Part shown: positions 49,156-62,397 of the stretch, one piece after another
Position numbering within the stretch: the first letter of the stretch is position 1
How the letters are laid out: the number at the start of each line of letters is the position of its first letter
Assembly: GCF_900215655.1 (NCBI RefSeq)
Contig: NZ_OBEN01000007.1
Location: forward strand, 4,243-68,242
Direction: 5' to 3'
DNA: 64,000 nt
DNA from: Hydrogenobacter hydrogenophilus
GTDB taxonomy: Bacteria > Aquificota > Aquificia > Aquificales > Aquificaceae
Translations under genes and position numbers: made by a program
Notes under the pieces: generated by a model
Database searches by the model: none
Told to the model about the DNA's origin: nothing
Seen by the model: only the letters and a program-made list of their open reading frames with translations

Positions 49156-50095
49156 TATTAAATTTAATTATAGCATGCTCAACAAAATCTAACAAACCCG
49201 GAACATCCACGGAGTAATCAAGATAATAAATGTTTTCATAAGGTGGAAGCTTTACCACATCCTTAAGGGTAGTTATGTAAAGATGTTTTGATGAGATCTC
49301 AAAATTTTTATAATGGTAATGATCTCTAAAGGAAATCTTTTTGAGTATTTTTATCCTCATCTTCTCTAATGTGTTAAAGAACTGCTCGTTATCTCCAATC
49401 CCAGCAAAAGCTATAAACTCAAAATCTTCTACTTTTTTTAGCGGATTTCCCCAAATATCCCTAACCTTCCATTCCCTTCTGTAAAGTTTAAACACAGGTT
49501 TTGGAACTTCTATGTCCCACTCTTTTATGTCTTGGTAAGACAGGATTATAGCATCTGCCCTAACAATAGAAGAAAGAGGCTCTCTTAGCCTACCCCAAGG
49601 TAAAAGATGGTCTTTTAGATCCTTTTCTCTTATAAGAAGGAGGTCTAAATCCCTATGCATCTTTCTGTGCTGAAAACCATCGTCAAGTATGATAAGCTCT
49701 GCACCCAGCTTATTGATGGCATAAGAAGACCCTCTGCATCTGTTCTCATCAACTACTACACTTACGTTCCTGAGGATCTTAGCGAGCATAAAAGCTTCGT
49801 CTCCTGCTTCTTCCCACCTTGCTTTTATGTCTCCTCTGTGAGATACGAGCAGGGTACCTTTACTTTTTCTCTTATAACCTCTAGAAAGAATGCACACATG
49901 GAACTTTTCCGAAAAGTGCTCTGCAATGTATCTGACAAGACTGCTCTTTCCTGTACCGCCTACGCACAGATTACCTACACTAATAACAGGAATACTAAGC
50001 TTGCACACCTTGAATACTTTTCTGTCATAAAGGGAGTTTCTCAACATCACTGCAAAACTATAAGGGTTCAAAAGGTCCAAAAAGTTAAGCCTCAT
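49118..50095 (-). CDS. lpxK: Tetraacyldisaccharide 4'-kinase
   Basis: P-loop VISVGNLCVGGTGKSS. Start taken at M22 (50095). The ORF's stop codon falls in the anticodon loop of the same-strand tRNA-Lys(CUU). Confidence 0.8.
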   Translation of the reverse strand: MRLNFLDLLNPYSFAVMLRNSLYDRKVFKVCKLSIPVISVGNLCVGGTGKSSLVRYIAEHFSEKFHVCILSRGYKRKSKGTLLVSHRGDIKARWEEAGDEAFMLAKILRNVSVVVDENRCRGSSYAINKLGAELIILDDGFQHRKMHRDLDLLLIREKDLKDHLLPWGRLREPLSSIVRADAIILSYQDIKEWDIEVPKPVFKLYRREWKVRDIWGNPLKKVEDFEFIAFAGIGDNEQFFNTLEKMRIKILKKISFRDHYHYKNFEISSKHLYITTLKDVVKLPPYENIYYLDYSVDVPGLLDFVEHAIIKFNRAGSSAGRATDS

Positions 50096-51050
50096 GTTTA
50101 AACTTCTTGGCATCAATGAGCAAAAGTATAGATAGCAAAATACCTCCAAAAATGGCACTCAGATACTGACTTAAAAACCTCCAAAGGAGAGCAAACACTC
50201 CAACCAACAATGGCTCCAGAAACGGGGCAAATACAGAAAGAGCTCCCAGCTCTCCTACACCACTACCACCCGGAGTAGGACTTATAAAAAGAGCGTAAAC
50301 CAATAAAAGCTGATGTAAAAACACGCTCAGTGGGTCAGCTGATGTATTAAAAGCCTTCACAAGAAACACACCTACCAAGAGAAAGCATATATATAGCAAA
50401 ATACTGCTAACTACTGCTCCAAGTATGTATATCTTTTTGTCCCTTAAGAATATCTTCATAGCTACTACATACCTTTTGAATATGTTCTTAACCTTACTTA
50501 TAAACTTTCCGTTGTTAGAATTCTTCTTGAAAAAAACTCTCAAAAATATATAAATTACGGCTGTCAAGAGAAGAACTACCGCAATAAGTTCAAAAAGATC
50601 CTTTGCCTGAGAAGGGTTCTTAAACATTTCGTAAAGAGTAATAGGTAAAGCTAAGATGAAAAAGGACATACCGGTTATTGTCTTCATAGTTACAACACTC
50701 ATAACTTTGTGGAGCCTCCCACCTTTCCTCATTAGAGTGTATATGGATATGAACTCACCACCTACATGTGCTGGTGTGACAGTGGCACCAAAGGTATTTA
50801 TCAAGGATATTACATAACCGTACAAAAAAGAATACCTAAGACCCATGGCTCTTGAAAGCACAAAAAGTCTTATGTTATCAAAAGTATGGTAGAAGAACAT
50901 ACTCAGCATGGCAAACAAAAGATATCTCTTTTCTAAAAGGAAGAATACGCTTATGATGTCTTTTGGAAAGGTTTTTTTAAGTATGTAAAGAGCGGTTGCA
51001 ATTATTATGCATACAGTGATGATAGAGCCGTAAAAGATGGATTTGTACAT
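50085..51050 (-). CDS. UPF0104 / lysylphosphatidylglycerol-synthase-TM-region-like flippase-family membrane protein
   Basis: Polytopic. Conserved SPTPGGSGVGE motif near the C-terminus. Start taken at M19 (51050), 7 nt after the rlmN stop. Alternative start at 51104. Confidence 0.55.
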   Translation of the reverse strand: MYKSIFYGSIITVCIIIATALYILKKTFPKDIISVFFLLEKRYLLFAMLSMFFYHTFDNIRLFVLSRAMGLRYSFLYGYVISLINTFGATVTPAHVGGEFISIYTLMRKGGRLHKVMSVVTMKTITGMSFFILALPITLYEMFKNPSQAKDLFELIAVVLLLTAVIYIFLRVFFKKNSNNGKFISKVKNIFKRYVVAMKIFLRDKKIYILGAVVSSILLYICFLLVGVFLVKAFNTSADPLSVFLHQLLLVYALFISPTPGGSGVGELGALSVFAPFLEPLLVGVFALLWRFLSQYLSAIFGGILLSILLLIDAKKFKHEA

Positions 51051-51057
51051 AGTAGGA

Positions 51058-52092
51058 TTATACCATTTCTCTTTTTCTGAGCTGTCCACAAGCCCCAAAC
51101 ACACTTATACCTTTGCTGAGTCGAACGAAAGTAGATATACCCATGCTCCAAAGTATTTTCTGAAATTCGTAAACTTGTGCCAACTGGGGTCTTTCGTAGG
51201 GAAGGTCTGGGTCTGGATTGTAAGGTATAAGGTTTACCTTAAACTTATTTTTGTGCCTTCCGATGAGCCTTCCAAGAGCAACAGCACATTCCTTTGTATC
51301 ATTTATTCCTTTTATGAGCACGTATTCCAACATGATCCTTCTACCTTTTGGATAAGGATAATCCTTTAGTGTCTGGATGAGTTCCAAAAGACCGTTGGTT
51401 TTTGATATGGGCATAAGGGTTTCTCTGAGTTTTTCGTAAGGAGCGTTTATAGAAACAGCAAGGTTTATATCTCTCAGAATGGGATCCTTTGACATTCTCT
51501 TTATCTGAGCGATGAGACCGCTTGTGGATATGCTGACTCTTCTTTTTGAAAGGTCTATACCCCACGGGCTTACCATGATCTCAACAGCTTTTCTGACATT
51601 TTCATAATTAGCAAGAGGCTCTCCCATTCCCATGAACACCACATTTCTTATTCTTTGTGGCATGACCCTCCTTTGAACCTGCAAGAATTGGTCTATTATT
51701 TCCTCCGTTTTAAGATTTCTCACAAGTCCATCTATTGCGGTAGCACAAAACTTACATCCTACAGCACAGCCTATTTGGGAAGATACGCACAGAGTAAGGT
51801 GATCTCTTTCTCTTATAAGTACTGTCTCTACAGTATGTCCGTCTTTGGTTTTAAAAAGGTATTTGGTAGAATCTTCCGCAGGTATCTCTTTTTGGAACTC
51901 AAGAGCATGTACCAAGAATTTCTCTTTTAAAAATTTTCTTTCTTCTTTTGATATATCGGTCATAAGCTCAAAATCCGTCTGGAACTTTTTGTAGATCCAT
52001 CCCATTATCTGCAGCGCCCTATAGCCAGGCATACCCCATTTGGAAGTCAAAACTCTAAGCTCATCAAGATTATAAGGCGTAATGTACTCCAT
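51058..52092 (-). CDS. rlmN: 23S rRNA/tRNA m2A methyltransferase RlmN (radical SAM)
   Basis: CVSSQIGCAVGCKFCAT radical-SAM cluster motif. C-terminal catalytic Cys (GACGQL). Confidence 0.9.
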   Translation of the reverse strand: MEYITPYNLDELRVLTSKWGMPGYRALQIMGWIYKKFQTDFELMTDISKEERKFLKEKFLVHALEFQKEIPAEDSTKYLFKTKDGHTVETVLIRERDHLTLCVSSQIGCAVGCKFCATAIDGLVRNLKTEEIIDQFLQVQRRVMPQRIRNVVFMGMGEPLANYENVRKAVEIMVSPWGIDLSKRRVSISTSGLIAQIKRMSKDPILRDINLAVSINAPYEKLRETLMPISKTNGLLELIQTLKDYPYPKGRRIMLEYVLIKGINDTKECAVALGRLIGRHKNKFKVNLIPYNPDPDLPYERPQLAQVYEFQKILWSMGISTFVRLSKGISVFGACGQLRKREMV

Positions 52093-52111
52093 AGGAATAA
52101 TTTAATACAAG

Positions 52112-52185
52112 TGAGCCGGGCGGGATTCGAACCCGCGACCCACGGATTAAAAGTCCGTTGCTCTACCAGACTGAGCTACCGGCTC
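52112..52185 (-). tRNA. tRNA-Lys (anticodon UUU)
   Basis: The reverse complement GAGCCGGUAGCUCAGUCUGGUAGAGCAACGGACUUUUAAUCCGUGGGUCGCGGGUUCGAAUCCCGCCCGGCUCA folds as a cloverleaf, with anticodon loop CUUUUAA. Confidence 0.85.
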
Positions 52186-52198
52186 TATACCGCTATAA

Positions 52199-52207
52199 AT
52201 TATACCA
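52199..52207 (-). promoter_or_regulatory. Extended -10 promoter element (TGGTATAAT) 13 nt upstream of the mature tRNA-Lys(UUU) 5' end
   Basis: The - strand reads TGGTATAAT ttatagcggtata GAGCCGG. Confidence 0.5.
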
Positions 52208-52226
52208 AAAAAAAAGCTATAATTAA

Positions 52227-53696
<1,470 letters not shown>

Positions 53697-54881
53697 ATGG
53701 CCCTGCTTTACACAGGCATAGATAGAGAAGGAAATCTAAGGAAAGGTAAGGTAGACATTCAGGACAAAGCAACCGCTTACAAAGTACTTTTAGCTCAAGG
53801 TATAAAACCTATAAGCATAGAAGAAGAAAAAAAGTTCTGGCACAAGGAAATAATAAAGAGAAAACCATCTGAGGATGAGCTATCCTTTACCCTTTTACAA
53901 CTCTCCTTATTGCTTTCTTCCGGGCTTAACCTGAATAAAGCTCTTGAAGTGCTTAGTAAACAGGTGGATAATAAAACCATAATGAGCGCTTTAAACTCCG
54001 TCAGAGAGTCCATAGAGAGGGGTGAAGCCATATACTACGCTTTTAAAAAGACAGAAGTCTTTCCTGATTTTCTTGTAGAAATGCTGAGGATAGCAGAAAG
54101 AGGTGAAAACCTTGAGGAGATATTTCGCATGGCGGGGGAGTTTTTACAGCGCATGTCCCAAGTAAGATCAAAAGTTATATCTTCTCTCACTTATCCCGCT
54201 TTTGTTATAATGCTTAGTTTTATCTCTGTCATTGTAGTTATAAAGTTTGTAGTGCCAAAAATAGCCTCTGTGCTTGTAAGCTTTGGTAAAGACCTACCCT
54301 TAGCCACCAAAATCTTACTCTTTGTTTCCAAAATCGTAAGCTACTTTTTTTACCTTTTGCCCGCCTTATTGGTGGTTTTGCTTTTCTCAAGGGGTGTTGT
54401 AAGTAAGGAAAAGTTAGACATGATCTTTTTGAAGGTTCCCATTTTTGGAAAGGTCTCTTACCTTTTTAACCTTTCAAGATTTGCTGGTAGTTTGCGCATG
54501 AGTCTCCTTTCTGGCATACCTTTAGTGAAGGCTCTTACGCTAAGCAGGGGAAGTATAACTAACCACTATCTTAGAAAGAGATTAGAAGGTATAGAAGAAG
54601 AGCTTTCTAAGGGTATGAGTCTTTCTGAAGTGCTTAGGAAAACAGGTGTTTTCCCAACACTTTTTATCAACTTGATAAGCAGTGGTGAGAAAGGTGGACA
54701 GTTAGATAGGATGCTATTCCTCATTGAAGAGTTTTACGATAGGCAGGCCATGAGAGTAATATCTTTCTGGATAAGGTTTGCAGAGCCCATTTCCATGTTG
54801 ATCATAGGTGTACTAGTTGCTTTTATAGTCCTTAGTGTTATACTCCCCATAACGGAGCTTTCTACGGGTATAAGAAGATAA
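53697..54881 (+). CDS. GspF/PilC-family inner-membrane platform protein (second paralog in the window)
   Basis: 394 aa. Two GspF repeats and three TM segments. No adjacent ATPase. Confidence 0.75.
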   Translation: MALLYTGIDREGNLRKGKVDIQDKATAYKVLLAQGIKPISIEEEKKFWHKEIIKRKPSEDELSFTLLQLSLLLSSGLNLNKALEVLSKQVDNKTIMSALNSVRESIERGEAIYYAFKKTEVFPDFLVEMLRIAERGENLEEIFRMAGEFLQRMSQVRSKVISSLTYPAFVIMLSFISVIVVIKFVVPKIASVLVSFGKDLPLATKILLFVSKIVSYFFYLLPALLVVLLFSRGVVSKEKLDMIFLKVPIFGKVSYLFNLSRFAGSLRMSLLSGIPLVKALTLSRGSITNHYLRKRLEGIEEELSKGMSLSEVLRKTGVFPTLFINLISSGEKGGQLDRMLFLIEEFYDRQAMRVISFWIRFAEPISMLIIGVLVAFIVLSVILPITELSTGIRR

Positions 54882-54883
54882 GT

Positions 54884-55402
54884 ATGTACATATACATAGT
54901 GAGTTTTGAAAATACAGAAAAGCGCCTTCTTTTCGCGGTAGCCAAGAATGTGAAAGAAACTTTTGATCTTGATGTAAGAGTTTCTTGGGTTGCTGGTTCT
55001 TTCAAATACGCCTATGATTCCCAAAGAAAACAGTACATGGCAGAAAAGGTGGTAGAGTACCTTTCTACTCTAAACTATCCAGGGCTTGTGAGAATGTTAG
55101 CCATTCTAAGCTCAGACCTTTATGCAAAAGACCTTGAGTTTGTGTTCGGGTTTGGGGTAAAAAGAGACGCAGTGGTAAGCACTTTCAGGCTTTGGGCTAC
55201 AGAGGAAAGGCTCTTTTTTGAGAGAGTCTTTAAAGTGGTAAACCTGACTCTGGGAAAGACATTCGGACTTGATTATTGCAAAGATCACAAGTGTGTTATG
55301 AATCCGCACTTCTCTTTAACAGACATAGACGCTAAAACTAAAAACTTCTGCGATTACTGTAAAACAAAGTTAAAGACCGCTCTTTCCCAGCTTACCCTCT
55401 GA
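54884..55402 (+). CDS. Archaemetzincin-like zinc-ribbon protein with substituted HExxH (probably non-catalytic)
   Basis: C-terminal CKDHKCVM-x16-CDYC matches the CX4CXM-X17-CXXC archaemetzincin signature. The expected HEXXHXXG is replaced by LTLGKTFG. Confidence 0.4.
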   Translation: MYIYIVSFENTEKRLLFAVAKNVKETFDLDVRVSWVAGSFKYAYDSQRKQYMAEKVVEYLSTLNYPGLVRMLAILSSDLYAKDLEFVFGFGVKRDAVVSTFRLWATEERLFFERVFKVVNLTLGKTFGLDYCKDHKCVMNPHFSLTDIDAKTKNFCDYCKTKLKTALSQLTL

Positions 55403-56605
55403 TTGTAAAGTGTTAAACCATGTGTAAGCCAAAAGGTACCATAAAGCACACATAGCAAAAGCCAACAGAAGGAAGTAGTGTATACCATGTTTAAGAACAA
55501 AACCTCCCCAAAGACCACCCAAGAAAGCTCCAAAAAACTGGTTAGTGTTAAAAAATCCCAAGGATAAACCTCTCAGGTCTCTGTGAGTTAGTTTGGTAAG
55601 CAAAGATGGTACTATAGGTTCAAGTAAGTGAAAACCTATAAAGAAGAAAAAGACGAGCAAAACACTACCTAAAAAGTTTCTCATAAAGTAGTAAGCTAAA
55701 AAACCTAAAAATATAGAAAGTATACCTAATAAGAACACTTCTTTGAACTTACCCTTTTTTTCCGCAGCGATGGTAGAAGGAACCATCACCATCAAGGATA
55801 AGAAAACAGCAGGTAAGTATATCTCCCAATGTTTGGGTTTAGGAAAGTGGTAGTTGTAAACAAGCTCGTAAGGTATAACGGTGAATATGGCTACCAAGAA
55901 GGCGTGTAGTACACCTATGGAGAAGTTCAGCATTATTTGGTTTTTATCAGTTATAAGTAGTGTGAAGTTTTTTAGCGAAGGTTTTATTTCTCTTTCCTGT
56001 GCGTGGACCTTAGGTTCAGGTATGAAAAATGCAAGGTAAAAAACCGCAAGGGTGCTCAGAAAAGCGGTTAAGAAAAACAAGAAAGGAACACCCATGTATC
56101 CTGCAAGCACTGGAGCTAAGGTTATGCTAAGAGCAAAAACCATACCTATGGAAGCACCTATGTGGGCAAAAGCTCTTGTTCTTACTTCCTCTCTTGTAAG
56201 GTCTGCTGCCAGAGCTATCATAGCGGATGATACCGCACCAAAACCTTGAATAAATCTTGCAACTATCATGCTCCATATGTTAGTAGCCAAACCACCCATA
56301 AGGCTTCCCAGTATGTAAGTTAGCATCCCAAAGATTATTATTGGTTTCCTACCGTATTTGTCAGATAAGTATCCAAAAGGTATCTGCAAAAAAGCCTGTG
56401 CAAGGCCGTATATACCTATAGCCAAACCTATAAGTTGAGGAGATGAACCTTCAAGAGTTTTAAGATAAGGTGAAAGCACAGGCAAAAGCAGGAAAAGACC
56501 TAACATTCTAACTGCAACAGCAAATGTTATACCTAAAACACTTTTTATTTCTTCAGGTGTAAAGTCTTTGAGCATACTAAATACCTCCTTTAGTAGAAGG
56601 CACAT
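55370..56605 (-). CDS. MFS transporter
   Basis: About 12 TM helices. MFS signature [11 protein letters not shown] between TM2 and TM3. Confidence 0.8.
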   Translation of the reverse strand: MCLLLKEVFSMLKDFTPEEIKSVLGITFAVAVRMLGLFLLLPVLSPYLKTLEGSSPQLIGLAIGIYGLAQAFLQIPFGYLSDKYGRKPIIIFGMLTYILGSLMGGLATNIWSMIVARFIQGFGAVSSAMIALAADLTREEVRTRAFAHIGASIGMVFALSITLAPVLAGYMGVPFLFFLTAFLSTLAVFYLAFFIPEPKVHAQEREIKPSLKNFTLLITDKNQIMLNFSIGVLHAFLVAIFTVIPYELVYNYHFPKPKHWEIYLPAVFLSLMVMVPSTIAAEKKGKFKEVFLLGILSIFLGFLAYYFMRNFLGSVLLVFFFFIGFHLLEPIVPSLLTKLTHRDLRGLSLGFFNTNQFFGAFLGGLWGGFVLKHGIHYFLLLAFAMCALWYLLAYTWFNTLQSEGKLGKSGL

Positions 56606-57155
56606 CTGTACCTTGTATGCTAACCGCTTCTTTTAGGGTTTTTGCTAAGGATTTAAAGCATGCTTCTGCTACATGATGAAGTATTTTACCGCTTATTACC
56701 CTTATGTGAAGGGTGCTTTTGGAAAAAAGTGCAAAACCTTTGAAGAACTCCCATATGAGCTCAAAGTCAAAGTCAGTTATTTTACCTCTTAGTCCCAAGT
56801 CTTCGTAGAAGAAAAGTGGCCTGCCTGATATGTCTATACTGCTCATAACCAAAGCTTCATCCATAGGTACTATGCTATAACCGAATCTGTTTATACCTTT
56901 CTTGTCTCCCAGAGCCTTATCAAAAGCCATTCCTATCACTATACCTAAGTCTTCTACTGTGTGGTGGTGTGATACATGAACATCACCTTCCGCGTAAACT
57001 TCCATGTCAAAGCCCGAATGCTTGGAGAGGGTCTCCAACATGTGGCTGATAAAACCAACAGGTGTTTTTATGCAGTAAGACCCTGTACCGTCAAGGTTTA
57101 TGTATATTTCAATTTTGGTCTCTTTGGTCTCTCTACTTATCTTAGCTTCTCGCAT
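56577..57155 (-). CDS. hisB: Imidazoleglycerol-phosphate dehydratase
   Basis: 192 aa. HHTVED and DLGIV motifs. Confidence 0.9.
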   Translation of the reverse strand: MREAKISRETKETKIEIYINLDGTGSYCIKTPVGFISHMLETLSKHSGFDMEVYAEGDVHVSHHHTVEDLGIVIGMAFDKALGDKKGINRFGYSIVPMDEALVMSSIDISGRPLFFYEDLGLRGKITDFDFELIWEFFKGFALFSKSTLHIRVISGKILHHVAEACFKSLAKTLKEAVSIQGTDVPSTKGGI

Positions 57156-58125
57156 ATCTAAGGTATTCTATCACAAAACGCCTTAGGCTCTCCCCCGGAT
57201 CTGCAAAGTAGACCTTCTCCAAAGCATCAAGGTTATGAAGCTTAACGATTAAAATCCTTAACTCTTCTAAAGAGAACTTTTCCGCGTATACTCTAAAACT
57301 GTGTTTAAGATATGGGCTGGTCAAACCAAGTTCTGCTAAAGCTTTTTCTTTGTCTTGTCCTGAACTTACCAAGGAGAAAAGCTTGAGTGCATAGCTTATC
57401 ATAACCGCCTGTATCTGAAGAGGGTGTGTGCCAGCTCTGAGGAGTGAAGAAAGGGACAGTAAGGCTTTTTCAAAGTCTCTATTAAAAAAGGCATCTACAA
57501 AGTCAAAAACCGTGTATTCTGCACTTGAAACACAGATCCTTTTTACATCCTCAATAGTTATCCTGCCCTCTTTGTAAAGAAGAAGTTTATCCACCTCGTT
57601 TTTTAGCTCCATAAGGTTGTAAGAGGTGATCTCAAGGAGGTAATCAAGGGCTTGGTCTTCTATCTCTCTTCCTTCCTTCTCAAACCTGTTTTTGACTATC
57701 TCTTTGATTTTTTTCTTGTTGGGAACTTTTGCCTCAAGGAAATCGCCTACGCTGAGGAGGGTTTTTAGGGGTTCTTTTTCAAGCTGTTGCTTTGTGAGCT
57801 TCTCAGACACCACTAAAAATATACTGGCATTTTTGAGCCGTTTTGTAAGAGAAATAAAATAACTGGCATCTTTTATGGATTTTAGTAGTTCCTCTGCTTT
57901 TTTGACTATATATACTCTCCTTTTCTTGGTAAACATCTCGCCTTCGGAAAAAACAGAAAAGAAAGACTTTCTGTCCAGCTCGTCACCCCAAAGAATTTTT
58001 ACTTCGTAAAGGTTTGATAGTTTGTCAACAAAGGTTTTTAGGACATACTCATCCTCTACCTGCACTAAGTTTACGGGTTTTATCTCTCTGTTTTCTAAGC
58101 CTTTCTGATATTCGATCAGGTTCAT
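57142..58125 (-). CDS. holA: DNA polymerase III delta subunit
   Basis: 327 aa. AAA+-like N-terminal fold without a P-loop. Position upstream of rho in the same orientation. Confidence 0.65.
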   Translation of the reverse strand: MNLIEYQKGLENREIKPVNLVQVEDEYVLKTFVDKLSNLYEVKILWGDELDRKSFFSVFSEGEMFTKKRRVYIVKKAEELLKSIKDASYFISLTKRLKNASIFLVVSEKLTKQQLEKEPLKTLLSVGDFLEAKVPNKKKIKEIVKNRFEKEGREIEDQALDYLLEITSYNLMELKNEVDKLLLYKEGRITIEDVKRICVSSAEYTVFDFVDAFFNRDFEKALLSLSSLLRAGTHPLQIQAVMISYALKLFSLVSSGQDKEKALAELGLTSPYLKHSFRVYAEKFSLEELRILIVKLHNLDALEKVYFADPGESLRRFVIEYLRYARS

Positions 58126-59426
58126 CAGGAGTGCATAGCTTTCAGAAAATCTTTATTAGTCTTGAACTTTTTGAGCTTGTCCAGCAGAAATTCCATAGCT
58201 TCTATGGGATCCATGGTGGCAAGGAACTTTCTAAGCACCCAGACTCTCTGAAGTTCCCACTCCTCAAGGAGAAGCTCTTCCTTCCTTGTACCTGACTTTT
58301 CTATGTTTATTGCAGGGAATATTCTTCTCTCCATGAGCCTTCTGTCTAAGTGTATCTCCATATTACCTGTACCCTTAAACTCTTCGTATATAACATCGTC
58401 CATCTTAGAACCTGTTTCTATAAGTGCTGTAGCTATTATGGTAAGAGAACCTCCTTCCTCTATATTTCTTGCTGCGCCAAAGAACTTCTTAGGTCTTTGA
58501 AGAGCGGTTGCCTCTATACCACCTGTTAGGACTCTACCTGTGGGTGGGGTTACCGCATTGGCTGCTCTTCCAAACCTGGTCATAGAGTCAAGGAGTATAA
58601 CCACATCGTGTTTTAATTCTACAAGCCTTTTTGCCTTTTCTACTACAAGCTCTGCTACCTGCATGTGCCTTTCTGGAGGCTCGTCAAAAGTTGATGCTAC
58701 TACTTCTGCTCCATCACCTACTATTCTCCTCATCTCTGTAACTTCTTCTGGGCGTTCGTCGATTAGCAATATGATAAGATGCACCTCTGGGTGATTTTGG
58801 ATGAGTGCTTTTGCTATCTTCTGAAGCAGGACAGTCTTACCTGCTTTTGGCGGAGCTACTATGAGTCCTCTCTGACCTTTTCCTATAGGAGTCAAGAGGC
58901 TTACAACTCTTGTAGAAAGTTCCGTAGGTGATACCTCTAAGTTAAACCTTTCAGTAGGATGATAAGGTGTGAGTTTTTCAAAGAGAGGTCTGTTTTTTAG
59001 GACCTCAGGGTCTGGTGGTAAGCCATTTACTGATTCTATTTTTATGAGGGCTTGATACTTTTCTTTCTCTTGGGGTGGTCTTGCAAAGCCTATAATGGTA
59101 TCGCCTGTTCTAAGTCCGAACTTCTTTATTTGGGAAGGTGATACATAAATGTCGGTAGAGCTTGGCATGTAGTTATTTTCCGCGCTTCTTATAAAACCAT
59201 AGCTTTCAGGAAGTATTTCAAGTACCCCCTTTACAAAGTTTAGTCCTTCTTCCTTTGCTTGAGTAGTGAGTATCTTCTCTATAAGCTCTTCTTTTCTTAA
59301 GCCAGTTACTCTTGACAAGTCAAGCTCTCTTCCTATCTTCTGAAGCTCTCCTAAGGACATTTTCCTAAGCTCTTCGTAAGAGTAAATCTTTTTTTCTTGA
59401 GTAGTTGGTGTCTCTTGTTCCATCAC
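58125..59426 (-). CDS. rho: Transcription termination factor Rho
   Basis: 433 aa. N-terminal RNA-binding/cold-shock domain, Walker [10 protein letters not shown]- and R-loops. Confidence 0.95.
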   Translation of the reverse strand: MMEQETPTTQEKKIYSYEELRKMSLGELQKIGRELDLSRVTGLRKEELIEKILTTQAKEEGLNFVKGVLEILPESYGFIRSAENNYMPSSTDIYVSPSQIKKFGLRTGDTIIGFARPPQEKEKYQALIKIESVNGLPPDPEVLKNRPLFEKLTPYHPTERFNLEVSPTELSTRVVSLLTPIGKGQRGLIVAPPKAGKTVLLQKIAKALIQNHPEVHLIILLIDERPEEVTEMRRIVGDGAEVVASTFDEPPERHMQVAELVVEKAKRLVELKHDVVILLDSMTRFGRAANAVTPPTGRVLTGGIEATALQRPKKFFGAARNIEEGGSLTIIATALIETGSKMDDVIYEEFKGTGNMEIHLDRRLMERRIFPAINIEKSGTRKEELLLEEWELQRVWVLRKFLATMDPIEAMEFLLDKLKKFKTNKDFLKAMHS

Positions 59427-59442
59427 AGATCCTCCTTTTTTT

Positions 59443-60792
59443 TTATTTCCCTATGCAAAATCTTGAAAATATTTCACTAAGCATGTCCTCGGTGGTGATG
59501 GCTCCTACTATCTGGTCAAGATAACTCAGTGCTTCTCTAAGCTCCAAAGCCAATATCTCAGGAGAAAGGTCTTCTACCTTTAACCTCTGCAGGAGAGGTT
59601 CTAAAACACCCAAGGACTTTCTTAGAAGCTCACCATGGCGCACAGATAAGTATACCATCATACCGTCATACCCAAAAACTCCTGCCTTTTCAAGCATAAG
59701 TTTTTTAAGCTCTTGCATGCCTTGTCCTGTCTTTGCGCTTACGCAAACACCGTCTGGAAATATCTTTTTCATAGAAGGGTCTAATCCTAAATCCATCTTA
59801 TTTAGCACTTTTATGTGGTCTTTTTGTTTGATCAAATTATAAACTTCCCAATCTTCTTCTTCAAGAGGGTTTGAAGCATCAACTACAAAAAGCACCAAGT
59901 CTGCAGATTCCAAAGCGGATAGACTTCTTTTTATTCCTATTGCCTCTACTTCGTCCTTAGTTTGTCTTATCCCTGCGGTATCTATAAGGTTTATGGGTAT
60001 TCCTCCTAAATGCATCTGCTCCTGCAAAAAGTCCCTTGTTGTTCCAGGTATGTGCGTCACTATTGCTCTTTCTGTTCCAAGAAGTGCGTTAAACAAAGAA
60101 GATTTACCTACATTTGGCTTTCCCACTATGGCTAAGTTTATACCTCTTCTGATGAACTCTCCAGCTTTGACTGTGGACAGTAAGTTCTTTATGCTTTCTA
60201 TTATAAGTGTAAGAAGCTCAAGCAGTTGTTCTTTTTCAATGGTAGGAATGTCTTGCTCTGCAAACTCTATATCCGCCTCTACATAAGCCAAAAGCTCAAT
60301 AAGTCTTTCCCTTAGGGGATTTATGTGCTTGGAAAGCTCACCCTGTAGTTGTCTTAGAGCTACCTGTCTTGCAAGGTCTGTTTTGGCACTTATAAGGTCT
60401 GCAACCGCTTCTGCCTGTGTTATGTCAAGCTTTCCGTTGAGAAAGGCTCTCTTGGTAAACTCTCCCGGTTCTGCAAGCCTTATACCCTCTTTTAGGAATA
60501 CTTCCAAAGCTCTTTTGAGTACAAGAGGATTTCCGTGTAGATACATCTCTACCATATCCTCACCGGTGTAGGAATGTGGTGCCTTGTAGTATATAAGTAT
60601 TCCTTCATCAAGCAGTTGATCACCATCCATTAGCCTGAAAAAGTGAGCGTAGCGTGGTTTTAATTTACCTTTTAACTGTATGTGTTTTTCCACCTTTTCC
60701 CAAAGACCAGCACCTGACATTCTAAGCATGCCTATGGCACTCTCTCCATAAGGTGTTGCTATAGCAATAATAGGTTCTCTATGCCTAACCAT
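59443..60792 (-). CDS. mnmE: tRNA modification GTPase MnmE
   Basis: G1 [13 protein letters not shown]3 DTAGIR, NKMD, C-terminal CIGK. Confidence 0.9.
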   Translation of the reverse strand: MVRHREPIIAIATPYGESAIGMLRMSGAGLWEKVEKHIQLKGKLKPRYAHFFRLMDGDQLLDEGILIYYKAPHSYTGEDMVEMYLHGNPLVLKRALEVFLKEGIRLAEPGEFTKRAFLNGKLDITQAEAVADLISAKTDLARQVALRQLQGELSKHINPLRERLIELLAYVEADIEFAEQDIPTIEKEQLLELLTLIIESIKNLLSTVKAGEFIRRGINLAIVGKPNVGKSSLFNALLGTERAIVTHIPGTTRDFLQEQMHLGGIPINLIDTAGIRQTKDEVEAIGIKRSLSALESADLVLFVVDASNPLEEEDWEVYNLIKQKDHIKVLNKMDLGLDPSMKKIFPDGVCVSAKTGQGMQELKKLMLEKAGVFGYDGMMVYLSVRHGELLRKSLGVLEPLLQRLKVEDLSPEILALELREALSYLDQIVGAITTEDMLSEIFSRFCIGK

Positions 60793-60855
60793 GGATTTTT
60801 ACTACCGTGTGTTTATTTAAGATAACACTTTTAGAAAAAATTTCAATTTGGAAAA

Positions 60856-61584
<729 letters not shown>

Positions 61585-61596
61585 TTACAACAGGGT

Positions 61597-62397
61597 ATGG
61601 GCAGGAAAAGATGGATAATCTACCTCTCTCTGATCCTTTTAAATATTTTTCTTTACTTTTCAAACATATCCTCAAGTAAGTACCTCTCTTTCCTTTTTGA
61701 TATCTTGTACAGCATACTTATGCCAGTCATAGAATTAAAAACGCAGTTAGCCAACACGATGAGCAATAGTGTAAATAGATACATATACCTTGTGAATGTA
61801 GAAAAAACTAATCGCGAGCTTTTAAAACAAGTGCAGGAGCTTTATCTTTATAAAAGCCAGTTAAGGATCTGTGAGACATCTCTCAAAAGCCTGTCTGAGC
61901 TTATGGACATTCAAGCACAAAACTACATTAAGGATATAGTATTTGCGGGGGTTGTAGGGTATGACCCATCAGGTATGGATACTTTTGTGCTCATAGATAA
62001 GGGTAAAGATCAGGGAATAGAGGAAGGCTTTGTAGTGTTTTTTAAGGATAGGTTTGTAGGTATAGTGGACAAAGTCTTTGGTAGCTCCTCAAGAGTCAGA
62101 ACAGTTTACTCAAAAGATCTTACTGTCTCCTCAACCACAGAATCTACAGGAAAGAGTTATATATACAAAGGGGGATGGCGATATGGACAGCTTCTTTATG
62201 TAAACCTTGAAGATCCTATAGAAAAAGGTAATTTGGTGCTTTTGAGAGATAACAGAAAGGTTATTCCTGCTTTTATAATAGGAACTGTGCTAAAATCAGA
62301 GCAGAGAAACGATCAGTTTTTTAAAAAAGTGTTGGTTCTACCTTCTGTGGACATAAGAAAGCTTGAGTATGTGGTAGTCATAAAGGCAAGGTTATGA
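61597..62397 (+). CDS. mreC: Rod shape-determining protein MreC
   Basis: Signal-anchor, coiled coil and beta-rich C-terminal domain. Followed by mreD and a PBP2 gene. Confidence 0.7.
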   Translation: MGRKRWIIYLSLILLNIFLYFSNISSSKYLSFLFDILYSILMPVIELKTQLANTMSNSVNRYIYLVNVEKTNRELLKQVQELYLYKSQLRICETSLKSLSELMDIQAQNYIKDIVFAGVVGYDPSGMDTFVLIDKGKDQGIEEGFVVFFKDRFVGIVDKVFGSSSRVRTVYSKDLTVSSTTESTGKSYIYKGGWRYGQLLYVNLEDPIEKGNLVLLRDNRKVIPAFIIGTVLKSEQRNDQFFKKVLVLPSVDIRKLEYVVVIKARL

